DNA of 64,000 nt from Dimorphilus gyrociliatus (Eukaryota > Animalia > Annelida): contig CAJFCJ010000003.1 of NCBI GenBank assembly GCA_904063045.1, positions 2,280,504-2,344,503 of the forward strand. The letters are read 5' to 3'. Positions 40,203-53,724 of the stretch are shown piece after piece. The translations under genes and the position numbers were made by a program. Position 1 is the first letter of the stretch; each line of letters starts with the position of its first letter. The notes under the pieces are model-generated. The model was not told the origin of the DNA, ran no database searches, and was given only the letters and a program-made list of their open reading frames with translations.

Positions 40203-41420
40203 AAATTTATAAAACTACAAAAATTAACTGGATTTTTGACTATATTTCTCATTTTCCGGTCCTTTTTTATATTGGTATACCTTTTTTCGTATGTTTACTC
40301 TGTGGTTGGTTTTACCGGAAATCTTCTATCTTTCTAACTTCCGGCGCAGGTCACTTTGTACAATTTTCTAAATGTATATAGACAGTTTTATGTGTATATG
40401 TTTTTTTTTAGTTATACATTTTTGCGTGTCGACAAACCTAAAATTTTTCTGTTGTCTCGTATTAAAACTAATTACAAGAGGATGTTCTTTTTAAACTACT
40501 TGTTAAGCAGAAGAAATGCAAAAAGTGTCGTGTTAGATTCGAACCAAGGCTGACAATTTTGTTATTTCTATTCTTCTTTCTTGTCTTAACCTTTTTACAA
40601 GGTTAAAATGATTAATGTCCTAATGATACATTATCTTTTTAATGTTCTGAAAAATAATGTCATTTCTATTTTTTTTTAAATAACCGGTAGATGGCGGCCA
40701 TAGTTAATGGGTTTCAGGTTCGAAGAGTTTTATATACTGATTGTAAATGATGATAAATACGTTTTTTGTTAGGTAAAAAAAAGACGCAAACGTGAATTTT
40801 TTTAAAAAAGAAAAAAATAAATAAAGATAAAAAATATAAAAAAAAGTTGTTAATTCTTTATCTTTGACCTAATATAAAAATTAAATAGTCAAGTATTTAA
40901 TCTAAAGGGAGAACTATAAATTGAATTAAAACTCTCTTATACATTTATAACATATTATATATAAAGCAGAGTTCTATAACTTTTATTACAAATGAACCAA
41001 CTAGCCTTCTTCCTTCTCTTCTTTCAAACTTTAAATATCTTGCTTTTTAATGTTATAGTAATTTCAAACAATAGAAAGTATAAACAAATTTAAAGTCCAA
41101 CTATTAAAAGAATAAGTTGTTATACATAAAAATAAATTGATATCATTAAATATTGAAAATATCTATAGGAAAGATCGAAAAAATGTCACTCAAAGATAAT
41201 TTAAGTATACATCGAATGTAATTTATGGGAAAATTGGTGGAATTCGGTGATTAGTTGACGTTCGCCCTCGTTGCCAATCTAATCTCCAATATTCTTCATT
41301 TACAAATTCGCATAAATAAAACATGAGGGGCAGAATTTGCCGGCCCATTCAGGCATTTGTCGTTTATTCTACATATAGATAGAAACTAAAGGATCAAAGG
41401 TGAAAATACCGTAGTTCAAC

Positions 41421-44200
41421 ATGGGTGCATTGTTATCTTCATGTAATGGATTTGGTGGCCTATATATCTTTTTAAAATCAAAGATGGCGAGTAAACCAAA
41501 TATGTTGAAAGTAAAAAGTGATGAATCGCTCCTAAACGGAGGTATGATAAACAGAAAAAGAACTTGGACAATATCCTCTGCATGGAAGAAAGCGGTTAAA
41601 AGTAATCCAGATAAATCTGCAGTTTTCATTGATGAATATTCCTTAACTTATAGACAAATGGATGAATTAATGGAAAAGATAGCACTTAACCTGCAGTTGC
41701 TTATATTTCAAAGAAATACTCCTGAAGAAAGACTAGAGTTTTTTTTCGGTCGTTCCTTTGAGGATGATAAATTAACAATTGCAATCTGGATGGATCCATC
41801 TGAGAAAAGAATAGCTGTGCAATTAGCAGTGTGGAAGTTAGGTAGAGCGTATGTTCCCTTAGATGACGTTCTACCTCAATCTAGGATCAAGACAATTCTC
41901 AAAACCGCCAAACCAGTATGTATTATTACAGATTCAGAGGAGAGAGAACGCCGACTACTGGAATGCAGTGAAGATGTTTTCGTGGTTCATTCAAGCAACC
42001 TCGAAGTGTCTTCGGAAAAGGGATTGATTAATGATTACGAAATATTAACGGATGGTGACGACGCTGCAGCCATTCTCTTTACATCTGGCTCAACAGGAAT
42101 TCCTAAGGGAGTTATATTAACCCATGGAAACATAGAAAACAGATTACAATGGCAATGGGATAATCTACCATTTGAAAATGACGATATAGTTTGCCATAAA
42201 ACTAGTCTTTTGTTTGTTGATTCATTAACAGAACTCCTTTCTGGACTTCTTTCTTCGACTCCTATAGTCGTTTTAAGGTCGGAAACTGTGAAAAATGTTG
42301 AAAAACTTGCCCATAGTATTGAAAGGTATAACATTACTAAAATTACTGTTGTTCCTACTCTTCTTCAGAATATTCTCGAGGTATTTCGTTGTGATTGAGT
42401 TACTAAAGTTTTACAGTAATTGTTTTTAAAAATTTGTCGTTTCAATGCTCATAATATCGAAATACCTCAATCTTAACAAACGGCCTGTAAAATGGAAGAA
42501 ACTACTATTGCGAAATTGACGTCACTCAAGTCAGTTGTGTCAAGTGGGGAGGCTCTATCCGAGGAATTGGCAAAATCATTCTTTCAAATCCTACCGAGTT
42601 CACAGCTTATTAATTTCTTTGGTAGTACAGAAACAACCGGCGATGTTACCTTTATTGTTCTTCGGAGCATTGAAGATGTTGTAAAATATAGCCACGATTC
42701 AATCGTAAGCATTGGAGTACCTCTAGAAAATACTATTATAGAGTTAATTGATAATTATGGACAACACGTGAAGTTAGGAGAAGTAGGAGAGATTTTGGTA
42801 ACTGGTTCTAATGTTTGTGCAGCAACGATATGTGATGGTAATTTAGTCTTATATGGAGAGAATAAGCCGATTAAAATGGGTGACATGGCCTTCATTGAGG
42901 ATGGAAATCTATATTATTCAGGAAGAATAGATTGGCAGATTAAAATAAGAGGTCATCGGATTAATCTGCAACAAATCGAAGAGCTGGCTAATTCTCATCC
43001 GGATGTTAAGAGAAGCGTGCTATTTAATAGAAGTGAAACCAATACAGAAAATCGTCTTATACTCTGCTATGAGGGTCAAATTGATGAGCGTAAATTAGAG
43101 TCTTATTTGGCTGATGGCCTACCACAATATTCCGTTCCTAATGTTGTTGCTAGATTGCCTAAGATCGCTTTACAGAAACACACCGGAAAAATTGATCGTA
43201 AAGCTACTGAAGCTGCTTATATTGAAAACGTAAAAAGTTCACTGGAATCGGTTAACCCGGATAATATAGAAAAGTATATTTTGACGATAATCTGTACAGA
43301 ATTATGTCTGCCACTGGAAAGGATAAGCGTCCAAGATTCATTTTTTCATTTAGGTGGAACGTCAACTTCAGCTGTAATTACTGTTGCTAGACTAAAGGAA
43401 GTTGGCTATTCAATTACGATATCTCAGTTCCTCAATTGTAAGCTTTTGGATGATGTCATTCAAACAATCGTGGAGAATCAGAATCAAATACAAATATCTG
43501 ATATAAATAATGATAAATTCCATACTAGACCATTGAGAGCTGATGATAAATCAGAGGTTTTCAGACAATGCGCATTGGCCTTTTTAACGAAAACGCCATT
43601 GGATGTAGCTGCCGGTGTTACCACCGAAAGTTTTTACCATCTATTAGAATCGGGATGGAAATATACACTTGACAGTGGTGTATCGCTTGTGGTTGAAAAT
43701 AACGATGGAAAGGTTGTTGGAGGAACTATGTTGTTTGATTTAGCAGCTCCCGTCGAACCATCTTTTGTAGGTCCTGCTGAGATGGTTGGAAATATTCTCA
43801 ATGAACTTGAACTTCCTGTAATTGAGGAATACTGTAAAGAGGGTCGATGGCTAGATTCTTTCGCAGAATTTACTGATGATTCTCTTCAAGGGGATGAGAA
43901 CGCAATGATATTATATAAATTAGGTCAGGAAAAGATTAGAGTAGGCGTAGAAAAAGGTTTTGACGGTATTATAACGGTAGACGCCCATCCAGTGACTCTG
44001 GTAAGTTTGAGGGAATAAATTAAATACTCCTCTACGAACTTATACCAATTACTTCTCTTCAGGAAATGGACTTAAGATTATTTGGTTATATCGAGATCAA
44101 AAGAGTTTATCCTAAGTTTTGGGTTTTTAACGGACAAAAACCATTTGATGGATTGCGGGATGACTATGCTGTAGTATGTTGCATAAAACACTTAACATAA
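41421..44200 (+). CDS. ebony: Ebony-type NRPS-like beta-alanyl-bioamine synthetase (A - T/PCP - aaNAT-like domain); exons 41421-42380, ~42483-44000, 44063-44200
   Basis: LFTSGSTGIPKG, NRLQWQW, FVDS, SSGEAL, NFFGSTETTGDV, YYSGRIDWQIKIRGHRI, TGKIDR (A domain); FFHLGGTS carrier-protein Ser motif; GNAT-like C-terminus ending GQKPFDGL...VCCIKHLT*. Confidence 0.93.
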
Positions 44201-44910
44201 AATAGGGCGGCGAATAGGATAGACTATGGAGCTAATAAAGACATATACTTCTTGACACTAATGATGACGAATAATTTTAAGGAAATTCGAAAATAAAGGA
44301 ATTGATTTAAAAAATATATATTATATAAATTTGCTTTCTAAGCTCGTATTACTAATTTGTTGCTTTTGCTTTTTCTCTAAATAAGCTAATATAACCATTA
44401 TTTAAACAATCGGAGTAATTTTCTTCGTTTAATATAATTAATAATAAAGTTCATTTTATTCAAAATCTTTACAGTTATTTCATAAAAAAGCTCTCATTAA
44501 AATACAATATCAGCGATCCGAATAAAATCATCTAAATGATAATCTGGTATAAGGGTGTTACCCAGATGGAAAGGCTTATGCAGATTAATTAAGAACCCTT
44601 CTGAAAAGTTTACTTAGGTTCTTTTGGCTTCAAGAAAACATCTTGCAGCCAGCATTCATCGTGTAGTTTTACAATTAATACTACCAGTTTAGTTTTTTTT
44701 GTAAAAAATATTATTTATGTTACTTGATGTTTATTTTCGTATAATTCTTTTTAGATTGATAATTTTTTTTGAACTAATTAATTACCTATGAACCATATTC
44801 AACTGTTAAATTGTTACTTTTTAATTCGAAAATAAATGTCCTAAAGATGGCGCCAGATTTCCAGACATGCGCACAAATTCGATTGGGAATTGCACACAAA
44901 TGATAGAAAA

Positions 44911-47134
44911 ATGGTATGTTGCCGTTTATTAAACAATTTTAATGTTCATCTCAATCTCAAATGATGATTATTATTTGTTGCACAATATTTAATAATTTAA
45001 TGATTTTCGTATTGAAAATTTAAATTTTCCTGCTATATAATCAAGGAATATATGCCGGAGACTCCCACAATATTTACGCTCTGACTTACTTTCATTTTTA
45101 ATTATTTCTAAATGACTTAAATCGATATATTTCATTGTGGAAAATATTAATTATTATTAGGTATAAGAGAAACTTATGTATAAGCGTATTTTTAAGAACA
45201 CTATTAGTCATGTGACTATGTTCTGTTGACTAGTATCATTTTTTTATTCTAAGTAGTTAGTAAGAAACCGTATTAATGATACGGAACGCTATCGGTGTAA
45301 ATAAAAATAATTTTAGTAATTTGATTTAAGTATATGTAAGAACAAGGAATAACTGTCTCGAATAATTCCTGTATTTTATGTGTAAACTAGCTTCAATTGA
45401 ACATGCAGAAACAATTAACTACAGGAAGAGATTTTGTGTTTATTTATATTGTATATGTACTTTACTGTATATACATTTATTTTTTGTTGTCCTACCTTTA
45501 GAGTTTCTTTGGATTTGGCCCAAGCGCCGATATCGAAGTAGTTCTCGACGGCCATGAATCTCGTAAATTAGCTGATATCAAAACTGATGATGGAAAGAAA
45601 GAAAGATGTTACTTGTACTATGATGGCGAGACAGTTTCCGGAAAGGTAAAGAATTAAAATTAGAATATAGAAATGTTTCCATTTTCACTCCTTCTTCTAA
45701 CTAATAGGTAAATATTAATATGAGGAAAGCTGGCTCAAAACTGGAACATCAAGGCATTAAGATAGAATTTATAGGTCAAATCGGTAAGGATCGTTAAAAA
45801 ATATAAGATTACAGTTTGCATCATTAAAGCAATATTTTTCATCTGTTTAGAATTGTATTACGACCGCGGGAACCATCATGAGTTTACAAGTTTAGTCAAA
45901 GAATTGGCAAGACCGGGTGAAATAACTTCAAATTCTAGTTATGATTTCGAATTTGTTCAAGTAGAAAAGCCATATGAAAGTTATACAGGAGCGAATGTAA
46001 GATTAAGGTAATTATTCTTATATATTATTGAATATACTGGACAAAGAATATAAAAAAGCAACATAAAAGAAAGCAATAGGTTAAGGCGCCATCTAACGAT
46101 TTCCATCAATCGTTATATATTATTTGCTATTAAATTCATATATTACATATATTGTGCAGATACTTTTTACGAGTGACAGTTGTGAAAAGAATAACGGATT
46201 TAGTGAAAGAAGTTGATATGATTGTGCATACATTAGCCCAATACCCAGAAATGAATAATTCTATAAAAATGGAAGTTGGAATAGAAGATTGCTTGCACAT
46301 TGAGTTTGAATACAATAAGTCAAAGTCTGTTTTATTAAATAATTATTAACAAATAAATCTTATTATTATGATTTCATATAGATATCACTTGAAAGACGTT
46401 ATTGTTGGTAAAATATACTTTCTTCTAGTACGAATTAAAATAAAATATATGGAAATTCAAATAATTAAGAGGGAAACTACTGGAGCCGGTAATGAATACT
46501 TCAGTTGTTATTTGTATATACTATTTTTTTTATGAAATTGCAATGTAAACAGGTCAGAATTCATTTAGTGAAAATGATACTATAGCTAAATATGAAATTA
46601 TGGATGGTGCTCCAGTCAGAGGTGATTAATATTTATTGATAAAATTATTTGCTATATTAAACATCGACTTTTCTCTAACTATTCTTTATAGGAGAATCCA
46701 TTCCAATTCGTTTGTTTCTTAGTGGATATGAGCTAACACCAACCATGAAGGATATCAACAAAAAATTTTCTGTTCGTTATTACCTGAATTTAGTGCTTGT
46801 TGACGATGAGGAACGGCGGTATTTTAAGCAACAAGTTGGTTTTATATATTATTTTAGGCTTTGAACTTCGTATTGATAGATATTGTGTACTCTTTAATTA
46901 AAAATATAGGCTCCCGGGTATAAACTACTAAACGAAAGCTTACTTTGATATTGAAACATAACTAATATAAAAAAAATATGTATATCTGTATATATTTAAT
47001 AATTTTCCTTTTCTTCTTTTCTCTAGGAAATAACAATATTCCGAAAAGCTGAAAAAGTTAGAAAACCTATACAGCAGGGACATAAACAAAAGGACCGACA
47101 AGTGGCTAGTTTCGAAAATGCTACAGAGAATAAT
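44911..47134 (+). CDS. VPS26: Retromer subunit VPS26; first exon encodes only ATG (44911-44913)
   Basis: M|SFFGFGPSADIEVVLDG...[94 protein letters not shown]. Confidence 0.97.
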
Positions 47135-47375
47135 ACGCAGTAAAATTAAAAAATAATAATTTTGCATGAAAGTGTTACTAACAAGTTCAAAAGAGACGTT
47201 TATATTTTTATTTGTGTTCCCGTTTCGTCCTACTTTTTCATGGAATAATTCTTCGAATGAAGTAGATTTGTATCATTAATCGTCGACGTTATGTAGATGT
47301 TACAAAAGAATTTATTAATATACTATATAATTCTCTGTACAGAGTCTACTAGTCAATTATAATTTACAATAAAAT

Positions 47376-47437
47376 TCACTGCACCATCAGAATCGTTAGC
47401 TGTTCTAGGTTTAACCAACGTTCGTCATTAACAGTGA
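47376..47437 (-). promoter_or_regulatory. SECIS element (form 2) in the thioredoxin reductase 3' UTR
   Basis: mRNA sense reads UCACUGU-UA-AUGAC-GAACGUUGGUU-AAA-CCUAGAAC-AGCUAACGAUUC-UGAU-GGU-GCAGUGA. It has a 7-bp lower stem, AUGA..GA kink-turn core, 11-bp upper stem and unpaired AAA, ~75 nt after the stop codon. Confidence 0.93.
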
Positions 47438-47509
47438 TTACATGAAAATAATAGAAACTGTTATTACCTACCCTAATCCTTATCAGCTAAGATAAAGAAA
47501 GGGTAGTAA

Positions 47510-49761
<2,252 letters not shown>

Positions 49762-50380
49762 AATGTCATAAAACAGCGATATTACATGCCAATCACAATC
49801 TTTTACAACATAACAGAGATTTAGGCCTACTCCTTGTTACTTGTAATATATCATCATTAAATATATCGAAATTGAATAAAAGTCTAGAAACACTAAAGAA
49901 GTAATCTTGGATTGTAAAAACAAAATTCTTTTATATAAATGAAAATCTAAAAAGAATAAGTAGAGTAGAGTAAGCATGTTTTTCTTTCCATTCCATTCCT
50001 ACATCTATAAATAGAATGTTCTATTTTGTATTGCAACTGATAAATAATTCTGATTTCTCTCTCAAAATATTAGAATGCAAATTTATTGAACTTCATAGCT
50101 TTTTTTTGCTTTTTCAATGTTAATTGTCATTATTTGTATGTCAGACTTGCAGTATGCGAGATAGATTAGAAAGCACATTGAAAACTACTGAAGAAACAAA
50201 AAGAAAAGAACCACTCTAAAGCTACATGCTAAAAACGGAAGATGACTTTTTAAAAAAAAAGAATTTTATCATTATTAGATAGATAGATAAATAGATAGAG
50301 AGACGAAAAAAGGAGAAAAGAATTTTGGTTGTTTTTTTTTGTCGTTGTTTTCGTTATTTTCATTCTTAAAATATTCTTGT

Positions 50381-53196
50381 TTAAAAGCCAGCCAATTCGG
50401 TAAAGGTTTGATCCAAATTTTCGCTGATTGCCTTGTATTTCTCCTTCTCGGCGAGAAGTTCATCCTCCAATCGGTCGATCTCCTTCTGCAATTTCGAAAC
50501 GGCTCTCTCAGCCTCGGTGGCACGGTGTTCTGCCTCCTTCAGACGCGACGTCAGATCCCTGATCGATTCCTCGTAGCTTTCCTCTCTTTGCGATGCCTCC
50601 TGTTCGCTAATTTCCAAGGATTTCATGTTGTTGCCTACAACCTTCAATTCTTCCTCCAATTCAATTATTTTTCCTTCAGCAGCCTCCAAGCGGGCTTCTG
50701 CTCTTTCAAGATCCACTTCTGTAATGGCCAACTTTCTAGCTGCCTGTTTTATTGGAGAAAAGAAAAAAGGATGTGAAAATGAAATCTTATATAGGATCCT
50801 ACTTTCTCATCAGTACTCTATATCTTTTAAATAAAAAAGCAGATGTGATGAAGAAACTATTAAAAAAGAAACAAGTTCACACCTCTTCGTATTTGTGGTC
50901 TGTTTCTTCACCAAAACGGATCGTGTCTTCTAATTCCTTCTCGAGTTGTTGGATCCTTTCATCGTTATTCAAATTACGATCTTCAAGAACTTTACGTCCT
51001 CTGTATTATTGTCGATCTTCGAGTTAGTTAAAAGGCGGCATTATGTGTGAAGAGCACCGAGTCCAAGACCACGTACGAAATACGAAGAGGGGAACTATAT
51101 GGGGAAAATATAGGGGAAGGGAAGGGAAAAAGGAAAGAGGGTTGGATCTTTCATTCACCTCATCATATTTGCGATCGGCGTCTTCGGCTATGAACTTGGC
51201 CTCTTTCAGCTGCGTTTCGAGCGTATCAATTCTTTCGTCATCAGCCAAAGATCGGCTTTCCAATAACTTTCTTTCTCTAAAAACCACGAACTCTTTGATA
51301 AGAAAGAGAAAGAGCAAAAATAAAAGAAAAAAAGTCTCGGACTCGAACTCTTCGGCCAAAAAAAATAACAATAAACGAAAGCAAGAAACCGAATAAATGA
51401 ACTTTCACACATTCATTCATACAGGTAATCGTGGGAAGAAGACACCTATGGAGAAGACTCATTCAACCTTTCACTCTCGTCAGAGGCTTTCGATGCCTCC
51501 TCGAGTTTCGTATTCGTCTGCAGCAGTTTAGTCTCGTTATTCTCGTGATCTTCTTCTAGCTGTCTAAGGCGCTTCGTCAACGACTGAACCTCCGTCTCAG
51601 TCTGAAAAGAAAAGCCGAATTGAACGAGGTCGTTCAGAAATCTCACCTTTCAGTATCTTCGGCTGTTTTAGATGCTTTGTCAAGCGTCTCTGTTGCCGAA
51701 TCTAACCGCGAAGCAGTCTGCTCGAAATCCTCTTCTAAGAGCTTAATTCGACGAGTCAAAGCACCTACTTCTGCTTCGGCCTGTTTACGCGTTCATAAAA
51801 ACGGATTAAATACAAAAATTGACGCTTTAAGAAAAATTAGCGTCTAGAAAAACTTTTAGCATTAAAGAGATTATTTGTTAAGAGAAAGTGAGCACCCTTT
51901 TTAAACAGTAGCTTATATTTTTCAATTCCGAGCCAATTATGGTAAACTTTAGAGATGACGTTGATTTGAGAAGATAGGCAACGCTAAATAAGCCTTTATA
52001 TTTGGAGTGTAACTTTTCTAATTCTTCTCTAACGTCAAGATCTTCTCCAACGTCTTCGCAATCGGAAAAGAGGGAATAATCGTTGAGTATATAAGAACTT
52101 GAGTCAATATTTGTTGGAAGACAACTGCCTTCAGGTTCTGGACGTCTTTCTGTAGAGGTAACTGATTGGCTGAGAGAAGAGGGCGTGCCGGATAATGAAT
52201 TTTTCATTGTTGGTCTCTTAGAAGTTTTTGTGGTCTTTATGCGGCATCTGCATTCGTTACCTTCCGGAATCGATTCAATTGAAGCACCTCTCCTATATTT
52301 GGCATGAATAGGACAATCTTTCCGTGAAACAAGGATCTTTTTCCTTTTTTTTGTTGATGAGGCATCGCCCTCCCTGTCGATCTGCTTTTCATCAGATTTC
52401 TGTTTTCTTATCTGCTCACAAGAGCTTCTCAGATGAACGACATTTTCAAAATCGCATCCAGGACAAACGGAATGCGTTGAAGAAAGGGTGGACGGTAAGC
52501 AGGAAGACAGTTCAGTCGCCATTCGTTGGAAGAAAGTGCGTAATTATAACCGAATACAGGCCCGTAGTATGGCTGCCAAACTATTCGCCTATTCTATATT
52601 TAGATCGAGGCGAGCAGTATCGGATGTTAGGTTTTTATAGGCGTATGTACGTATAAAAATATATACTATATATAAATACACGTTTGCTTTCCAGATACCC
52701 ATGCAGACAGGCTAACTTTTGCAGTAGAAAGCGTATTTTTTTTACACTGCATGCCTGTTTTTTACCTCTCATTTTTTTACTTCCATTTGTTTTTAACTTT
52801 TCTTTCATTTTTCCTCTATAATTAACTAAGAAAAGTGAAAAGTTTCGTTATACTTACGTTGTTATGTTTTTTCTCGGTTTCTTCCAATTTTTGGGTGGCC
52901 TCTTCCAATTGAGTCTGAGATTGATCTAACTCACCCTCCAGTTGATTTATTCTTTTCTGTAGATCGTTGATTTCTTCTTCTTGCTGTTTAATGCAATAAG
53001 TATAGGGTATTAGGAAACAATATATATCTTTGCACAGTTTAACTTGGCTCTTTATGAAACTAACCTTGGCGTTCTTGTCTTGTTGATCCTTCAGATTTTG
53101 CTCGAATTGATCGGCTTTGTCCAATGCAGACTCCTTTTCCAGCTTCATCGACTGCATCTTCTTTTTGATAGCGTCCATAGTATTGGTAGCAGCCAT
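50381..53196 (-). CDS. TPM: Tropomyosin; exons 53196-53065, 52983-52858, 3A 51780-51647 or 3B 51601-51468, 4A 51276-51159 or 4B 51000-50883, 50743-50381
   Basis: [16 protein letters not shown] start, continuous heptads, canonical 284 aa from MDAIKKK, and all splice phases consistent. Confidence 0.97.
51896..52522 (-). CDS. Alternative internal first exon of tropomyosin (209 aa, low-complexity, Tm1-I/C-like) splicing to exon 3
   Basis: Same-strand ORF in intron 2 with an upstream in-frame stop and a phase-0 GT donor (AGG|GTGCTC) at 51895. The junction reads [18 protein letters not shown]|[12 protein letters not shown]. Confidence 0.8.
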
Positions 53197-53714
53197 CTTG
53201 GTTGATTTCTATCTACTTTCTTCCACTTCCACCGAGAAAAAGTTATGAAGAATCGAAAATTTCGATTTTTATTTGAAGGACCAACGAAGAATGCCGAATA
53301 GCCAGGATAGGACAGCCAACGATAGGTGGAGCTAGTATCGGTAAAATTATTTAGCTGGAATGTGCGTTATTTCTCTCTTACGGCTATACGCCTCTTCTAT
53401 AGGGGGTTGGGGTGGAAGATTCGTTTATAGACGGATTGGCTTAAAAATACGAATTCAGGGAGGCCTACCTATTTCACTTATTATTATGCACCTAGCATAC
53501 ATAGACAGGTTTTTAAATAAGGATCTAACGCTGTTTGAACTCAGTCATTTTATCTTTTTCCTACTATACTGGGTAATTGCGATTATTAGAAAGATTTGTG
53601 AAGCACACGATACTAGTCACATTAGTATCTTTGTTAAACTACAGTATACTATGATGCTTAGAGCTGTCATTAAACTTTTCAGAAAAACTGCTGATTCGCA
53701 TGTGTTTCATGTTA

Positions 53715-53724
53715 CCTTTTATGG
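53715..53724. promoter_or_regulatory. CArG box (CCTTTTATGG) ~520 nt upstream of the tropomyosin ATG
   Basis: Perfect CC(A/T)6GG; SRF sites are typical of actin-cytoskeleton genes. The same 10-mer also occurs at 14688, so chance is not excluded. Confidence 0.35.

Noticed and set aside
40510-40555. tRNA B-box-like GGTTCGAATC on the minus strand
   Set aside because: No cloverleaf, A box or acceptor stem; at most a decayed SINE fragment.
50275-52656. Multiple overlapping ORFs antisense or out of frame to tropomyosin (e.g. 50339, 50752, 51043, 52324)
   Set aside because: Shadow ORFs of coiled-coil coding sequence and purine/pyrimidine tracts; no independent coding signal.
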